A DNA stretch of 64,000 nucleotides, from contig CBDAOI010000002.1 in the NCBI GenBank assembly GCA_965198005.1, positions 576,001 through 640,000 on the forward strand, written 5' to 3'. Of this stretch, positions 63,047 through 64,000 are shown piece by piece (the stretch's first letter is position 1; each line of letters begins with the position of its first letter). Both the position numbers and the translations under genes were made by a program. Source of the DNA: Spirochaetia bacterium (GTDB taxonomy: Bacteria; Spirochaetota; Spirochaetia; SZUA-6; Bin103). The notes below the pieces were generated by a model. It was not told where the DNA came from, searched no databases, and was given only the letters and a program-made list of their open reading frames with translations.

Positions 63047-64000
63047 GTGAGCGGCGAGCGCGTCATCAAGTTCGGCGGCAGCTCGCTGGCGGACAGCGAA
63101 CGGCTGGACCGCGCGCTGGCGGTGGCCGGGCAGCGGCTGGCCGCCGGCGGGGTGGCGGTGTTCTCGGCCATGGGGGGGACGACCGATCGGTTGATCGACG
63201 CCGCGCACACGGCGGCCGGCGGCGGCGACACGCGGGAGCAGATAGCCGAACTGCGCACGCGCCACGTGCAGGCGGTGCACGACCTGTGTCCTCCGCGCGC
63301 CCAGTCCGCCATCCTCACGCGGCTCCAGTTGCTGCTGTCGGAATTGGAGGACGTGCTGCACGGCGTGAGTCTGCTGCGCGAGTGCTCGCCGCGCACGCTC
63401 GACCTGGTAATGAGCTTCGGCGAGCGGCTGATCACCACCATGACCGCGGCGCTGCTGGCCGAGCGCGGCGCACCGGCGCGATTGGTGGACGCGCGCGCGC
63501 TGATCGTGACCGATGCCGAACACGGGCGCGCGGCCGTGCAGTTCGCGGTCACCTACGAGCGGATACGCGCTACGCTGCGGCCCGCCCTGCAGGCGCGCGC
63601 CCCCGCGCTGTGCGTGGTGCCCGGGTTCATCGGCGCCAGCGGCGCGGGCGTCACCACCACGCTGGGGCGGGACGGATCGGACTACACCGCGTCGCTGCTC
63701 GCGGCCGGGCTGCAGGCGGGCGAGCTGGAGATCTGGACCGACGTCGACGGCGTGCTGAGCGCCGATCCGCGGCACGTCCCGGAGGCGTTCGTGATTCCGC
63801 AGCTCAGCTACCAGGAAGCGATGGAGATGTCCTACTTCGGGGCGCGCGTGATTCATCCGCACACCCTGATCCCGGTGGTGGAGCAGCGTATCCCGGTGCA
63901 CGTGCGCAACACCAGGCGGCCGGAGCAGGCCGGCACCCGGATCACGCACCAGCCGAGCGCGGACAGCCGGGCGATTACCGGGATCGCCTCGGTGGACTCG
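63047..64000 (+). CDS. aspartate kinase (possibly bifunctional ThrA), runs off window
   Basis: Own translation: VIKFGGSSLAD, SAMGGTTD, SFGERL, TTLGRDGSDY, IWTDVDGV..ADPR, FGARVIHP. Confidence 0.93.
   Translation, partial: MSGERVIKFGGSSLADSERLDRALAVAGQRLAAGGVAVFSAMGGTTDRLIDAAHTAAGGGDTREQIAELRTRHVQAVHDLCPPRAQSAILTRLQLLLSELEDVLHGVSLLRECSPRTLDLVMSFGERLITTMTAALLAERGAPARLVDARALIVTDAEHGRAAVQFAVTYERIRATLRPALQARAPALCVVPGFIGASGAGVTTTLGRDGSDYTASLLAAGLQAGELEIWTDVDGVLSADPRHVPEAFVIPQLSYQEAMEMSYFGARVIHPHTLIPVVEQRIPVHVRNTRRPEQAGTRITHQPSADSRAITGIASVDS

Overview
High-GC bacterial chromosomal segment, most likely from a spirochaete (inferred from an Msp/MOSP-like outer-sheath gene and a tRNA-Arg(UCG)). The right part (~37.8-64 kb) is mostly intact housekeeping DNA: apgM-type mutase, two nth genes, glyA, msrB, seven canonical tRNAs, tig-clpP-clpX, carD, oppA, a rhomboid, a prenyl synthase and an aspartokinase. 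The left part (~2.6-37.7 kb) is a heavily rearranged accessory zone with IS remnants (IS21, IS3, ISKra4, IS91, IS1-like), a decayed type I RM locus around an intact GmrSD-type gene, a Schlafen/AlbA_2-ParA pair and many internally deleted genes. Three structures stand out. (1) A tRNA gene at 32640-32737, missed by the ORF track, has a serine-type body but a leucine GAG anticodon and sits among IS1-like remnants; it is a candidate Leu-to-Ser mistranslating tRNA. (2) A full-length Msp-like surface-protein gene is followed by three tandem, 5'-truncated, divergent C-terminal cassettes, each with its own terminator; this is a candidate antigenic-variation locus with an 18-bp repeat array upstream. 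(3) ilvE is followed by three internally deleted copies of itself, interleaved with different cargo. All calls come from reading the sequence and motifs by eye; no searches were run.
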